63,063 bases of DNA, filler included, from Phoronis australis (GCA_002633005.1; 6 parts of 6 records of this genome joined end to end with filler, not necessarily neighbours in it); one strand, 5' to 3'. Shown: positions 13,621 to 31,732, numbered from the whole stretch's first letter. Made by a program: numbers and translations. Notes: generated by a model not told the origin, from the letters alone.

Positions 13621-14094
13621 TCTCAATAACGCTGTTAAAGTTTTCAAAAATTTCATTTCGTTTTCGTCTTAGGCTCGCCATCGTTTTCTCATGAAACTTT
13701 TAAAACTCCTATGAACAAGCGTGGTATCTGAATGTTTTAAATGAATTCGATCAGCTATTTCGTAGGAATGATGATTCGAGTTAAGTCCCATTTGGACATC
13801 ATTGAAGGTTTCTACATAACCTTAAACATTTTCATTCAATCTAACTTTTACTTACATTCAGTAATTTTAGCTTTTAACATCCAATTTTCGCTTTCTGTCA
13901 CGAACAACATTGCTGACCCTAATTCAAGTAGGAAATTAATATTCTCGACATTGCGACCCTCTCCTACATATTTCCATCCGTCCGCGTGACACGTTCCCAT
14001 ATTACAGTGGGGGGTTAATTCTGATCACATAAACATGCAAAAATCTGTCTTTCGTTAAAACAAACCCTGCCACTTTACTCTGTTTCATAAAAAC

Positions 14095-14223
14095 TTGCCA
14101 AATCTCATGACCTCGTCTATTAACTAGACTATTCCCTCAGCTACCGCAGAATAGGCCACCATTGAGGTACAAGCAGCCACAAGCAATTGCCATATTGAAA
14201 CTTTTGGCAGTGTCACAAGAAAG
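14095..14223 (+). promoter_or_regulatory. Putative promoter and non-coding first exon of SRCR-TSP1 gene A
   Basis: The block cttgccaaatctcatgacctcgtctattaa..agactatt..ctcagcta is conserved with 25799-25850. It ends at donor AAG/GTAAC (14223), also conserved in the paralogue (25928). Confidence 0.55.
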
Positions 14224-14324
14224 GTAACTATTATTTCTGAATCAAATACAAAGATTGTGCTTTATTTCACTACTAAAGCTGGATTTCAAGCTAATATGTT
14301 CGCTCGTTTCAGATCTGTCAGGAC

Positions 14325-14385
14325 ATGTGGTTCGAAATGAAGATGATAATGATATCTATTGTCGCTCTCCTGCTGATTGACCAAG
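14325..14385 (+). CDS. Gene A signal-peptide exon
   Basis: ATG at 14325, hydrophobic [11 protein letters not shown], donor G/GTGGG. Acceptor tttcag at 14312. Conserved in the paralogue. Confidence 0.8.
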
Positions 14386-17300
14386 GTGGGTTTTAGAGCG
14401 AAGATGATCTATTTGAAAATGTATGTTTCGCTGATCATGCGTAGGGCTTAGGTGCCGTGCTACCGGCGTAACTTCACACAAAGGGTTTGCTTCCGTATAC
14501 TCAGTTATCCTATATATATGTAAACACTGCCATTTAATACGCCGTGAAATATGCCGTGAAATACGAGAAAGTAAAGGCACAATAGAGGCCGTATTTCACG
14601 ATTGGTGAAGAGTCTCCTGGCGGAGTAAATCCCCATGAACGGCAGCAAATTTGATTGGGCTGGTTCATTTGAGTTACCAAAAACACTGATCTAAGACGTC
14701 GTTCTTGAAAAACAGATTTACTTCTCTAAAAACTAAAAGCTTTCAGCGAAGATTTACCGATGAAAATTCCGACGCACTGTGATCAGACAGATATTTTTAG
14801 CCTCACTAGTTTTAATCTAGGTCACCATAAATTGGCCAATTCCCTGAAAAGCGTACCCCCAAAAAATAAAACAAAAGTCTAATTGTAATCAAACGAAACC
14901 GATTTGTTACTGATGCACAGAGTTTATCTACACTGAAAACTAAGATATCTACAAGAAACTGCGACCTAATAACGAGTATGTGTTTTTTTACTGACACAAC
15001 CGTCTGCTTGCAGCGTTCAGAAACCTCTACCTCGATGGTAGCGTGAAATCTGCTTTTTGCGACACTGTTCTTAGCTTAAGTTATGCGAATCAGCACAGTT
15101 TCTATCTTTATTTTCCAGTGCTGTGATCGAAACGAAATAAATATTAGATAACTATTTCCATTCCAGAAGCTAAGACACGAAAACTAATAAAACTTTACTA
15201 GTAATTCAACAATTTCGCAGATGATCTTGTCGCTTGACGTCATATAACAACATGCCAAAGCAAATGACAACAAAAGATATCGCCGCGATGCAAATGAGCT
15301 CATATATATATGGGATAAAAAGGTTACCCTACATACATAGGAATACTACTGAAAAATCCTATCCCCTACCTTCGGTCTCGTTGGGACGCTACCAGATGAA
15401 ATGTGGGATAACCTATCTGTTTCACATACTGGAAAATCCAGTTAGAGTGGCAAAAGATGTGACAAGATGGGATTTGTTGTGATTTTCTGTCAAACGTTTA
15501 TTAATAAACAGATGTCTTAAAATGTTCTTTTACCTTCGTCTCAGTATACTGCGCAGGTGGAGCTTGTGGGGGAGTTCGTTGTGTACTTATAGAAAATGTC
15601 TATCTGCCCTCTTAAAAGTTAACTTTGAACGTGTTATTTTGTCAATAACACAAATGCACATGTAAATTTGCATGGATGAGATATATAAATGGACTTGAAT
15701 AAGTAAATAGAATAAACCCGAATTGGTGCAGTCGTGGTTCACCTCAGAGTATGATGTTGTTGATACGTCATGTATACAATGTTACCATTGAGCCATGCTG
15801 CGTGATTTTCTGTACACATATGCATTTTACTGTCTCAATGTAGTTTCAGTTGTCATCATTTCCTCTTTACTCTTCTTATGGGTGTTATGGAACAGACATT
15901 TGAAGTTTTATGAATGTGTGGCAGAGGAAGAGAATTTTTACAAAATGAAGCATTCAGAAAACAGATAGCAAGCGCTTTGCCAATGACTGATGTAAGATTT
16001 ACAACAAGTGCGTGACCTATGCTTTTAGTGAATTACACGGAAACCTGGGGAAAAACACCCCCCAAGGACAATAATGTCCCGTTTGTGAAATAAGGGATAT
16101 GAATCTTTAGTTGATTCATGGATTGACGCCAATGATGCATTAGCAGGTGAGAGAACGAGAATTGGTTGAAATCATCAAAACAGGGTTTAGTATCCTTTTA
16201 ACAAATGGTTTCACACAGCAGATAACGTAGCAGATTTATACCAATAATCGTGCCATTACCTTCACGTCTAAGGTTACTCCGATGTATCTGTTCGACTCGC
16301 CGGTGGCGGAAATCCGGCCGAAGGAAGAGTGGAAGTCTATTACGGCGGGTGGGGCATTGTCTGCGATGATTTTTGGGACATAAATGACGCTAGAGTTATC
16401 TGCAGACAACTTGGGTTTGTGTAAGTATATGTTTGTTTGTTGGTTTGTTTTGCTAATTTGTTTGTCTAATCGGTAATGCTGCAAGGGGTGGCAACAAAAA
16501 TTCGCAAGCCGGTGCCGTTTTTGGTCGTATCCAGTTGGGACCACGAAAAATCCGCCTATTTGACTGAGGGAGAAGTCGCTGACGACCGCGAAGTATAGGC
16601 TGAGGGAGTAATGTTGAAAAACGGCACAGGTGTACCCTAAACACATATTTTCGAATTCCTAATTTTCAGTATATTGTCTGGGATTTGTTTTCATTCACCG
16701 ATTTCCTGCTTTGACTGTATAACGGCTGCGTGACCGGTAGAAAACTGCACTAAAGATTCGTATTTCACGTGACACATTGTCCTATTTTAGTGGTTCAAAG
16801 AATATGCAATATTTAAATCTATCGTTAACAGGGATGCCATTAGCGCACTCCAACAATCTGTCTTTGGCTATGGTAACGGTGCTTTTCGAATGGACAATGT
16901 TAACTGCGTGGGAACAGAAGCTTCCATCGATAGATGTAGTCACGAAGGTTGGAATCGTCATGACTGCAGCAACACGGAGGCAGCGGGTGTGCGATGTACA
17001 GGTGAGTGGATCGATAACACGAGCTTGATTGGATTATTTTGTACGTAATAGCAAAGGAAAGTCTTGAAAGAGTCGGTAGTTAACGGCCTTACAAGGCTGG
17101 TTCAATGAGAGCGGTGGTCCAGGGAACTGTTGTTGTATTGGAAAATAAGAAGACGGAATCATCGCAGCGAGTACATGCATGCATGCAATATTGGTCAGAT
17201 TGAGAGCTACATGGGCTAAAAATGATTAAAAACATTTTTAGGGTCTAACTCAGTTGACGGAGGTTGGTCCGCCTGGAGCTCATGGACTTCCTGCAACGTG

Positions 17301-18890
17301 ACCTGCGGCGGAGGAATACAATCCCGAACAAGGACATGTAACAGTCCCGCTCCTCTCAATGGTGGAGCATCTTGTCCTGGACAGGGTCGAGAGACTACAT
17401 CGTGTAATTCAGGAGAATGCAGCCCAGGTAACCTGAAAACTCTACATTCAATGGCGGGATTTGGGCGCTGGGGCAAATGAGCCATGCTTCCCCATAAAAT
17501 TTTCCAAGTCCACTGGAAATTTACTTGCTCGATTCTGGTACTGCAGGGATTAATGCGATCGTTTTCGTTCAGTGTACACATTTGCCTGTTATAATGTACA
17601 TGTATGTCTAAAAAATGCCAAGCGGCGCCATTTTTGAAAACCGTGGTTTTCGCACTTCATAGTTTGGAGTGGAACCACGCAGCGCTTAAGTATTAGCCAA
17701 AAAAGCAAACTGGCTGAAATCCAAGTGGCGGCGAAAATTTCCCAGCGTTGAACCAGTCAATGAGAAGAACGCAACTCCTCCGTATTGTAAAAAAGAAAGG
17801 AAAACAACCTTGAGACCCAACATGAACTGAATTTCCTAAGGATGGCGCTGCATTTGACTTGAAAACTATGTGGACCATGAACACACGTCTTTTTCTGCGC
17901 TTCACGCCAGCGCTTCTTTGAGATGTTTTCCATTTTTAAGCACCGCTTAAATTCACTTAGCAAAGTCTGGTTCAACGGGCACGCTCAGCTTGATTTCTAT
18001 TTGCAGTTGACGGCGGCTGGTCTGCCTGGACTGACTGGACGGCCTGTAGCGTGACGTGTGGTGGAGGGAAACAATCAAGGACGAGACGATGTGATAGCCC
18101 AGCCCCCTTGAACGGAGGAGCGAACTGTGCAGGAAATAGTACGGAGGAGCAAACGTGCAGCACAACGATTTGCCCGGGTAAGTAGAGTATAGGAAGTGAA
18201 GCAGTGTGTCTTTTGTCTCGTTCTGTTTTCACGATTTTGAAACACTATTGAAAGTGTCCGGCTCTCACGGTTATCAAACTGGGGCCCGTTCCAAGAAACT
18301 GACTTAAGTTCATTATTGACTTAAGTCTAAGATTTGTCTTAACTTCCAAACTTTGAAACTTCCATATCTGGTAAATTTATCAAAATTAAGCCAAAACCTA
18401 CGTCAAACACTTAAATCAAGCTTAATATCTCTTTCTTGAAATGATTTTGAGACAAATTGAACTTTTATTTTAAAATTTAGTAAAATTTAGGAATAGTCTT
18501 AGCTAAGTCAGTTTTGTTGGAACGGGCCCCTAGTCTCGAACTGTTTATCAGTAAAAAGATTGATTAACAGGAAGACGTTTTCTGGCTTCGGATTCTCATT
18601 GAGTGCCAGGATACTCTTTGGGAATTGGAAGTATCAGTTAACTGAATTATATGATTGAGCAAAAAAGTTAATTTTTATTTCTCCAAAAATAGGTTACTTG
18701 TGTGAATAATCGGAATCAGTAAATACGGAAATAGACCGTATATCACAATTGCTTAAGTTTAAAACGGCCATGAATCTGCTATAAAAATTAGTCTCCACTC
18801 GCTCTTACTCAGACGAGGTGTTATTTTTGGTCTTGTAAAGACGCTGCGGTTCGTTATGCTCGAAACTACGCTCGGCGAACACTGTACTGA
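14325..18890 (+). CDS. Gene A: secreted SRCR + 2xTSP1 protein; join(14325..14385,16273..16420,16832..17001,17254..17427,18007..18177,18841..18890)
   Basis: All introns are GT-AG with compatible phases (1,2,1,1,1). Translation: [99 protein letters not shown]..[21 protein letters not shown]... The last exon is less certain. Confidence 0.85.
16273..16420 (+). CDS. Gene A SRCR domain, first half
   Basis: [43 protein letters not shown]; bounded by taag and GTAAGT. Confidence 0.95.
16832..17001 (+). CDS. Gene A SRCR domain, second half
   Basis: [45 protein letters not shown]; bounded by acag and GTGAGT. Confidence 0.95.
17254..17427 (+). CDS. Gene A TSP1 repeat 1 exon
   Basis: [41 protein letters not shown]; phase 1-1 exon. 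Confidence 0.95.
18007..18177 (+). CDS. Gene A TSP1 repeat 2 exon
   Basis: [46 protein letters not shown]; bounded by ttgcag and GTAAGT. Confidence 0.95.
18282..18529. mobile_element. PIF/Harbinger-like MITE
   Basis: TIRs GGGCCCGTTCCAA..AACTGACTTA and TAAGTCAGTT..TTGGAACGGGCCC; flanks ctg and cta. Confidence 0.75.
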
Positions 18891-18926
18891 CAAGTGAACT
18901 TGGAGCGGCCTGGTCTGAACGAATAA
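18841..18926 (+). CDS. Probable last exon of gene A (in-frame TGA at 18888-18890, second stop TAA at 18924-18926)
   Basis: Acceptor ttatttttggtcttgtaaag, phase 1. Reads [27 protein letters not shown] and is homologous to 31392-31462. Confidence 0.5.
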
Positions 18927-18969
18927 CGAACAGTTCTCTTCAAACCCAGAAATCACATCTTTTTACTGN

Positions 18970-19749
18970 AGGATATCACAAGGGGGGCCAACGTTTTGTT
19001 TGAAAACATTTTTGCAAAGCACGATTAGATGCGCATAGCACCGAATGGGAGAGGTTTGCCCCCCTCCCACCCAGTTATTTTTTTCTGTTTTTCCTCTAAA
19101 AATCCAAGAAAAAACGGCAAAGAAAAAGAAAAAAAACACAGAGAACGTGTCAAACATGAAAAACTGCAATTATCACAGACTCGAATTCACGACCTGACGG
19201 ATATTTTGTGGAATTAGTTCGTAACAAATTAGTGGTATTTAAAATAGTCTTCAATTGCCCAGAAGACCACATCCGTATTTTGTGTTGGCATTAATGACGC
19301 GATTGCTTTGGAAATCGTCTTAAGTTAAGGTTTGACAAAGAGATAATTATGAGTTTCTGAGTGGATCGCTAAGGCTTCGATTAAAATTCACATCTTACCA
19401 GCAGCTTCTGTTTTTTCATCGTCACTCAGATTCCATTTTCTTTAAAAAAAATGAAGTAATTTTCTTTATTGCACAGTGAAGCAGACGACGGAAACGGAAT
19501 CGTAGTGCGCAGTACCACTGCCGGTCGCCTGGGATATCGCGGGAGAGCCTAGTATACTTAGCCGTAGTTTCGTTACGACTGAGTCGTGTTCCGAATTTGA
19601 CACTTGCACACATTTAAATCTTGTTTCCGCCGTATAATGTTAATTACCGGGGTTAATTAATAAACTAAACATTGCCCTACGCTCTTGCTGTTTTATTTTT
19701 TGCGGCAGACAAGGGGGGCGGGCCCCCTGCCCCCCCAAATCCGCCTATG
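18970..19749 (-). mobile_element. hAT-like non-autonomous element, copy 1 (left end lost at an N)
   Basis: Reverse-complement homologue of 24551-25558; right end ..cccccaaatccgcctatg. Confidence 0.8.
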
Positions 19750-20789
19750 GTTTAGTATATATTGCTAATGAGGTGTCGGATTATTATTGATCCTCTAGTA
19801 ACAATAAAGAACAATATTTACACGAGGGTGACTTGTGTATTTTGAGTCATAGCCTCTTTAGTGGTATAATTACAGATGTAAGACATGCAATGAAAAAACA
19901 CACACAAAAAAAGAAAGTGGCGTAGATGAAGTAATATCCCACGAGACAAAATTCCGCGTATCGACATCGATCCTCGGTCTCGGTCGATATGTGGAATAAT
20001 GATAAAAGTAGGAATATTTATCGAGTTCTTTTATTTATGCACAAAGTCATATAGATCTCTTCTCATTGACTTTTTGTCGCACAATCTTTGGATTAAGCTT
20101 ATCTCCCAGCCATTCTGTGAAACTGGGCTTCTCTACACTAGCTTGGAAGTACCGCTGAACATTCAAATCCAAGCCATGACAGTGAAAATAAGTACTCACA
20201 ATACCAAGTGACGTAAAACCATACTCGAGATGTTATTTGTGTATATAACAGATATTTTGCCAAGACGATGCCACAAAGCCAAAATGCTCATCCGAGACCG
20301 AAAAAAATGAAGGGGTAACAGAAATATTGACTTGAGTTGGTAGTACGCAATTGCCCACTCCAGTCTTCTATTATACCCTGATGGTTAGTCCAAAAAGTCG
20401 CATAGGATCCATTGCAGCCCAAATTTTACTTGTCAAGTTATAAACACGGAAGGCGGGTAGAAGATGGCAAGCTTTTCAACTTTAAACTCTGGATAGAAAC
20501 ACCAGAAAATAGACTGGTAGATGACACCTTTTTCTGATTGTGCGTGCACGTATGTGTGCGGGAAGAGGATTTTCACTACAGTCTTCTTTCCTGGGCGTCA
20601 CTATTGCCTGGTGGGACTGAGTATGAAACGGTTAACACTTACAAATCTACCAGTAAGTGGGACACGTTACCATATTTTTTTAGTAAAATTTAACTCAAAA
20701 GGTCATGAACTTTGATAGGAAAATATGTACAACAGTAACATGACCAAATGTTATTTGAGATAAATGTTCAACATGGGATATTGAAAACT

Positions 20790-22414
20790 GCATTATTTTT
20801 ATAGAATGATACTTTGTTTTCGGCCCTGAATGTCGTAAAATTCCTTAAGAGCCTTTTGAAGAAAAAGCATAAAGCGAGGTACCTGAAAGTTTCATTTGAT
20901 CAGAGCACACATTTTTCAGATATGATGTTCCAATGTTATCCAAATTTTTCTATGGTCTTAATTATAATTTTAAGACTGCCTGCAAAAATAATCAGGCAAA
21001 ATTCAATAATCTGAGAGCATGAATCGTCACGAATTTTTAAATTGGAGTCTTATTATTTATTATCTCTTGGATTGACGTAACTTCAAAAAGATTGTTGCCC
21101 CAAAACTCTTTATAAAAAACAACTCAACTTTGTCACCACTCTTGATCAGAGAATTAGCCATCTTTCACGTTTAATAAAAGTCTTTAAAAATATCTGGGCC
21201 CGGTCTCCAATCCTTTTACTCGAAATGGAACTCGAAATTAGGTTTGGCATTTTCTACTCTACTTTTGGGCGAACTCAAGATAAGTGTCAATTATTCTATG
21301 CTCGAGTACACAATAATTTACGTAGATAATTTATTGCCCTTAGTTCGCAGTTTGTAAACCCAATATTAAAGCATTAAGTTCCTGTTTGAACTCGAAATTT
21401 CGAGTTTTTACTCGAGTTTGTAGCACAAATATAAGGGTCTTCAAGGGCAAACTTGAACTAGAAACTCCTTGCATAAACTATAATGTATTCGAGCACAGTC
21501 TGATTACGAATTATCTTAAGTTTGCACAAAAGGAGCAGAGAAATTGCCAAAAATAGTTTCGAGTTCGTTTCGAGTACAAAGATTAGAGACCGGGCCCTGA
21601 ACAANCATTATTTTTATAGAATGATACTTTGTTTTCGGCCCTGAATGTCGTAAAATTCCTTAAGAGCCTTTTGAAGAAAAATCATAAAGCGAGGTACCTG
21701 AAAGTTTCATTTGATCAGAGCACACATTTTTCAGATAAGATGTTCCAATGTTATCCAAATTTTTCTATGGTCTTAATAATTTTAAGACTGCCTGCAAAAA
21801 TAATCAGACAAAATTCAATAATCTGAGAACATGAATCGCCACGAATTTTGAAGTTGGAGTCTTATTATTTATTATCTCTTGGATTGACGTAACTTCAAAA
21901 AGATTGTTGCCCCAAAACTCTTTATAAAAAACAACTCAACTTTGTCACCACTCTTGATCAGAGAATTAGCCAACTTTCACGTTTAATAAAAGCCTTTAAA
22001 AATATCTGGGCCCGGTCTCCAATCTTTTTACTCGAAATGGAACTCGAAATTAGGTTTGGCATTTTCTACTCTACTTTTGGGCGAACTCAAGATAAGTGTC
22101 AATTATTCTATGCTCGAGTACACAATAACTTACGTAGATAATTTATTGCCCTTAGTTCACAGTTTGTAAACCCAATATTAAAGCATTAAGTTCGAGTTTG
22201 AACTCGAAATTTCGAGTTTTTACTCGAGTTTGTAGCACAAATATAAGGGTCTTCAAGGGCAAACTTGAACTAGAAACTCCTTGCATAAACTATAATGTAT
22301 TCGAGCACAGTCTGGTTACCAATTATCTTAAGTTTGCATAAAAGGAGCAGAGAAATTGCCAAAAATAGTTTCGAGTTCGTTTCGAGTACAAAGATTAGAG
22401 ACCGGGCCCTGAAC
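20790..22414. repeat. ~815-bp direct duplication joined by a single N (probable collapsed haplotypes)
   Basis: 20790-21605 and 21607-22414 are near-identical; N at 21606. Confidence 0.85.
21197..21596. mobile_element. PIF/Harbinger-like MITE with CTG TSD (second copy ~22008-22408)
   Basis: ctg|GGCCCGGTCTC.AATC..TACTCGAAA ... TTTCGAGTACAAAGATTAGAGACCGGGCC|ctg. A decayed relative lies at ~23050-23330. Confidence 0.85.
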
Positions 22415-24550
22415 AAAAAACAATGCACCACAGTTCATACTGATGCACTTCAATTTACCACAGACCAAAGTAAACGTATGTCACTAAGTTTTAATACTTT
22501 TATGTTTTACCTTTCTTTACCTCTTCCACTGACTGAGAGCTCAAGCTCATGTAGCTACATTCAGTGGTCTCGTCAAAATCCTACGCAACATTGAATGGAA
22601 TTTAATATGACAAGTATAGATACCAACAGCTTTTAAGATTTTAACCACACTCTCATTTCCGTGGATCCGGAAATTTTTCGGTCCAAATAATTGTGAAGGC
22701 AGTTAAAAAAGTCAACTGAATAAACGCCACGTTCTCATTCAAATTCACTAATTTTATTTGACACTTGGCGTTTTACTACTTCGACCGCTTGCTCGCGGAG
22801 CACTTTTACCATAGACACTCGATTTCTATTCTCAATGTTAATTTGTTTCTTGAAAATCGGTTTCTCAGTTGCGTGCACTATTGACCTATAAACGATAGCT
22901 CCTCCCCGTGACTTTTATTGAGCCAAGATTCTGAAAAACGACTCCCGCAATTCAGTTGTTAGTGGTGATTAATTTAATTAGGTAACGCAAAATCAATTGA
23001 CATTTAAAGTAAAAGATGGCTTAAATAAAAAGTAAGCAATCGAGTAACTTGTGCTCAATAGGAATTTGCTTTATCGAAGGTATGGAACGAAAACCAGCAT
23101 TAAAACTACAAGTTCAAATCCGCACTCAAGACGTCTTTTTTACTCTGAATCTCGAGTTTTTACTCTAGTTTGTAGTTCGACGCAAGGGGCGATCGGAAAC
23201 GAGCTTTTATCCCAAAATCGTGTTCCTTAACAATAATGTACTCGAACATATAATAATAGCCACAAAACAGTAGGGCGGAAAATGTCATACAAAGTTTCGA
23301 GTTAGATTTTGTACAATTTCTGATGGAACCTATGGAATCAAAGAAAATTTCTACATGACCCATTCTAGAATTGGCTATAATTTTACAATCGGATTCATAT
23401 CCACCTCAAACGACACCAGCCACCATAATACACTTATTAACTTCTCCGTCTTTTTTTGGCTTTGAAAAATGCACAAATTTCATCTTAAAATGACCTTATT
23501 TGGTAGCACGACTAATTCATAGATAAGAGATGTTCAACACTTTTAGGCATGTGTAATATTTTAAATCCAATCCAAAACAACAATTTTCAAGGAAATGAAA
23601 TTTACCTCTCTGGTTTTGTCGTACTACCTAATTTAAGTACCCAAACTCAAACTAAGTCATTTGTAAAGATATAGCAAGCTGTAACAAAATGTCTCTTGGA
23701 ATTTGTAGACGGTGAATAAAATTTACAACAATGAAGATCAAACGTCTGGTATTTTATGCAAAAAATAGACATTCAACTGAAAAGGCGCATTTTTGGTTGC
23801 CAATTGAGCACAGAAAATGGCGTCAAATACATCTTTTGAGGCATGATAGTCGTAAAGTCATTAATTTAACACGTCTGTCGGTCAAATCCCTTTATTTGCT
23901 GCTCTGGTTGATGTTCGCCCATGCGCAGACCTGAGGTATAAGTTAAGGCTACGAAATTGGAGAGCTGCACTTCTGGTTTTTCAGAGCCTCAAATTCCCCT
24001 TCTTTTCGGAAGTGAACGTTTTCTGCTCCAGTGCGAACTTCAGTCATACGGGTGACTTTCAAGCTGGAGAACGATTGGCTGTTTGACTTAGGTTGGCACA
24101 TGTGCATATAACGTTTGCGTACGAAGGAAAATACATGAGGCTACAGTTACGACCACCATTTTGTCTAATTTTAATATTAAAATAATATATAGTAAATAAA
24201 TTCATGGTCGTACCTCATGTAAGTGGATAGGAGACCAAGGCCTGTTCCAGTCAAATCAGTATTTTTCAAAAGATATCGACTGGGTTGTCAAACGGTTACA
24301 ATGATACCACTCCCAACAGGATTGTCACAAACTCGATTTTTTCCCAAAAAACAAGAATATGCTCTTTTTTGTCCACGTTATAAAGTGCCGATGTTGTCGG
24401 TAAATATCCAGCAATTAGCAAGGTGGTGGCCACGTTCTCAACATGTCAACCACACTGCAAGTATTTATACTGTTACTTAGCCTTTGATGGATACAAAGTA
24501 AAATTAGTTCTTGGCACATCATTGCAATTGCAGTCTAAATTTTACTGATA

Positions 24551-25558
24551 CATAGGCGGATTTAGGGGGGGGGGCCCAGGGCCCCCCCCCCCCTTTGGCT
24601 GGCGCAAAAAAAATAAAACAGCAAGAGCGTAGGGAAACGTTGAGTTTATTAATTTGCCCCGGTAATTAAAATTATGCAGATGAAAAAAGATTTAAATGTG
24701 TGCAGTTTTAGTGTTTGGGGGGGGGGGGCTCGGGGGGGCTCAGATCCAATTTCAAGTGTCAAATTCGGAACACGGCGCATTCGTAACGGAACTATGGCTA
24801 AGTATAAGCTCTCCCGCGATATCCCAGGCGACCGGCAGTGGCGCTGCGCACTGCGACCCCGTTTCCATCGTCTGCTCCACTGTGCAATGGAGAAAATTTA
24901 CTTCATTTTTAAAGAAAACGGAACCTGAGTGACGATGAAAAAACAGAAGCTGCTGGTAAGATGTGAATTTTAATCGAAGCCTTAGTGAATCACTCAGAAA
25001 CTCATTAATTCTCTCTTTGTCAAACCTTAACTTAAGACGATTTCCGAAGCAATCCCGTCAGTATTGCCAACACGAAAAACGGATTTGGTCTTTTGGGCAT
25101 TTGAAGACTATTTTAAATACAACAAATTTGTTAAGAACCGATTGCACAAAATATAAAACGTGTAATAAGCATAACAAACAGAAGTAAGTTTCGCGCGCAA
25201 ACGCTGTGGACCATAAACAAGTAGGTCTCTTACTACGAAAGTGGTAGTGAAATCGTGGTAGTGTAGTGGCAAAGCACGCGCGACCTATCAACCAGGTCGT
25301 GAGTTCGAGTCTGTGCAAGATGCAATTTTTCCTGTGTTTTTTTTTTCCTTTTTTCTTGGATAATACATCAGAAATCAAGGAAAATGCTTGATTTTTAGAG
25401 GAAAAAACAGAAAAATTTCCTGGGCGGGAGGGGGGCAAACCCCCCTCCGGACCTCCGCCCATTCGGTGCTATGCGCATCTACAATCGCGGTTTGCGCAAA
25501 TGCTTACAGCTGGAAAAGATGTTGGGCCCCCCCTTGTGATATCCTAGATCCGCCACTG
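24551..25558 (+). mobile_element. hAT-like non-autonomous element, copy 2, 5-bp TSD TGATA
   Basis: tgata|CATAGGCGGATTTAGG ... CCTAGATCCGCCACTG|tgata, with G/C-run subterminal repeats. Confidence 0.85.
25255..25330 (+). other. tRNA-like Pol III cassette inside the MITE
   Basis: A-box-like TAGTGTAGTGG, stem CGACCT..AGGTCG, B-box GTTCGAGTC, followed by TTTTTT. No intact cloverleaf. Confidence 0.5.
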
Positions 25559-26033
25559 TGATACTAGCCCATTTTCGATTTCTTTCTCAGCTTCCCGAAC
25601 AACATTGTTGGCCCTACCTAACTGAAGTGTTACAACAGATAGACATTGTTGACGTTGTGACTCTCAAGTACACATTTTGATCCGTCAGTTTGACACATTC
25701 CCAAGTGATAGTGTAGGGTTAACCGTAATCACAGGAACAGGCAAAAGTTACCTTTCATTAGAACGAGCCTTGTAACTTTGCTATCGATTTTATTAACACT
25801 TGCCAAATCTCATGACCTCGTCTATTAATTAGACTATTTGCTCAGCTAGCGCAGTAGCCGGGACCACTGAGGGACAGGCAGTCACGAGCGATTGCCATAC
25901 TTACACTTTTGGGAGTAGTACAAGAAAGGTAACACTTATATCTCAATCAAAAACAAAGCTTGTGCTTTATCAGTTACACAATTAAAGCTAGAATTCAAAC
26001 AAACACATTCGCTTGTTTCAGATCTGTCAGGGC

Positions 26034-31462
<5,429 letters not shown>

Positions 31463-31720
31463 CGAACAGTTCTCTTCAAATACCAGAAATCGAATCTTTT
31501 TACTAGTAAACAATTTAAGACTAGTTTCATAACCGTAAGAGGACTAAATCAAGTTTTTTTGTGACGCAATGCGCGTTCGTAGCCGCTTTAATTAAAAAAC
31601 AGAGAGGGAAATAATCTCGAATGTCTGTTTTGTCTTCTTTAGACCCTCTGTACTGTAACAAGACGATAAACGGCAANNNNNNNNNNNNNNNNNNNNNNNN
31701 NNNNNNNNNNNNNNNNNNNN

Positions 31721-31732
31721 TTAATTAATTAA
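31721..31732. other. Artificial scaffolding linker TTAATTAATTAA (also 37820, 55060, 59221, 61718)
   Basis: The identical 12-mer sits centred in 100-nt N gaps and gives stops in all six frames. Confidence 0.95.

Noticed and set aside
31721-31732. Recurrent TTAATTAATTAA as a biological motif
   Set aside because: It is always centred in 100-nt N gaps, so it is an assembly linker.
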